This document shows positions 62,999-64,000 of a stretch of DNA of 64,000 nucleotides, piece after piece. The stretch's first letter is position 1, and each line of letters starts with the position of its first letter. The notes under the pieces were generated by a model. That model searched no databases. It was not told the DNA's origin and worked only from the letters and a program-made list of their open reading frames with translations. Source of the DNA: Octopus sinensis (taxonomy: Eukaryota). The DNA is taken from contig NC_043015.1 of assembly GCF_006345805.1 (NCBI RefSeq), positions 31,930,001 through 31,994,000 of the forward strand, in the 5' to 3' direction. Both the position numbers and the translations under genes were made by a program.

Positions 62999-63957
62999 AG
63001 ATTAAATTATTCACAATTTCTCATTACTCTTTTACTTGTTTCAGTCATTTGCCTGTGGCCATGCTGGAGCACTGCCTTTAGCAAATCAACTCCAGTACTT
63101 ATTCTATCGGTCTCTTTTGCCGAACCTCTAAGTTATGGGGACATAAACACACCAGCATCGGTTGTCATATGTGTGTGTGCATGTGTTTGTCCCACCCAAC
63201 ATCGCTTGACAACTGATGGTGTGGTGTTTACGTCCCTGCAACTTAGCGGTTCAGCAAAAGAGACTGATAGAATAAGTACTAGGTTTCCAAAGAATAAGTC
63301 CCGGGGTCGATTTGCTTGACTAAAGGTGGTGCTCCAGCATGGCCACAGTCAAATGACAAACAAGTAAAAGAGTATGCTCTGCTTCTCAAAAAAGGTTGCC
63401 CATGCTGAATTTGACCCTTTGGCATTTAAACTGGCCCCAAATATTCCACTTATTTTATGTTCAACAATGTCATTCTAAAAATAAACTACCACATCCATTG
63501 AAATTTGAAAGCCGTGAGATAATGTCTAATTAATTCCGAACAATGTGAATAAATAAGCATTACAATTGACAGAATGATGTGAATGCCAAAGGGTTGAGGA
63601 GCATGGGACCTAGTAAAGGTCATCTTCAGAGGAATGTACCCTCTGCGTATGTATTTGTTTGTCCTGTCGATTTGGTCTTCTAACAGCGACTGTTTTGTGT
63701 GAGTGGCTGGGGTTTATTGAGCTCAGTACAACAGGCCTCTCTATGTGAGACGATATTCTTGTATGTTTTATGAGTTTCAACCAGTAGAATGTGGCTATAT
63801 TAAGGCACTGCCATGTGTGGTAAGAAGCTTGCTTCCCAACCACATGGTTCCAGGTTCAGTCCCACCGCATGGCACCTTGGGCAAGTTGTCTTCTTCCATA
63901 GCCTTGTAAATAGATTTGGTAGATACAAGCCGAAAGGTTGTTGAATACATGTATATA

Positions 63958-64000
<43 letters not shown>

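Overview
AT-rich, microsatellite- and SINE-dense animal genomic DNA. The repeat families look like those of Octopus (coleoid cephalopod), which is an inference. One protein-coding gene is supported: gamma-tubulin complex component 3 (TUBGCP3/GCP3) on the + strand. I reconstructed it by hand as 26 GT-AG exons from 16181 to 58103, with consistent phases, 2697 nt and 898 aa. The rest is repeat: several tRNA-headed SINE families, a (GAT)n-tailed retroposon family, TTAA/hAT/TA-flanked MITEs, relics of mariner, hAT, MULE, Helitron, CR1 and RTE, a deleted Ty3/Gypsy element, and a tRNA-Glu pseudogene. The most notable unannotated signal is a set of minimal type I hammerhead-ribozyme motifs, of the kind associated with Penelope-like elements, inside TUBGCP3 introns. 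Two are structurally complete and both are antisense to the gene; one has a compensatory G3:C8 core swap. Every sense-strand copy I found is mutated in the core or deleted. Long ORFs in the supplied track over (ATAC)n, (CTAT)n and (TCA)n arrays are spurious.
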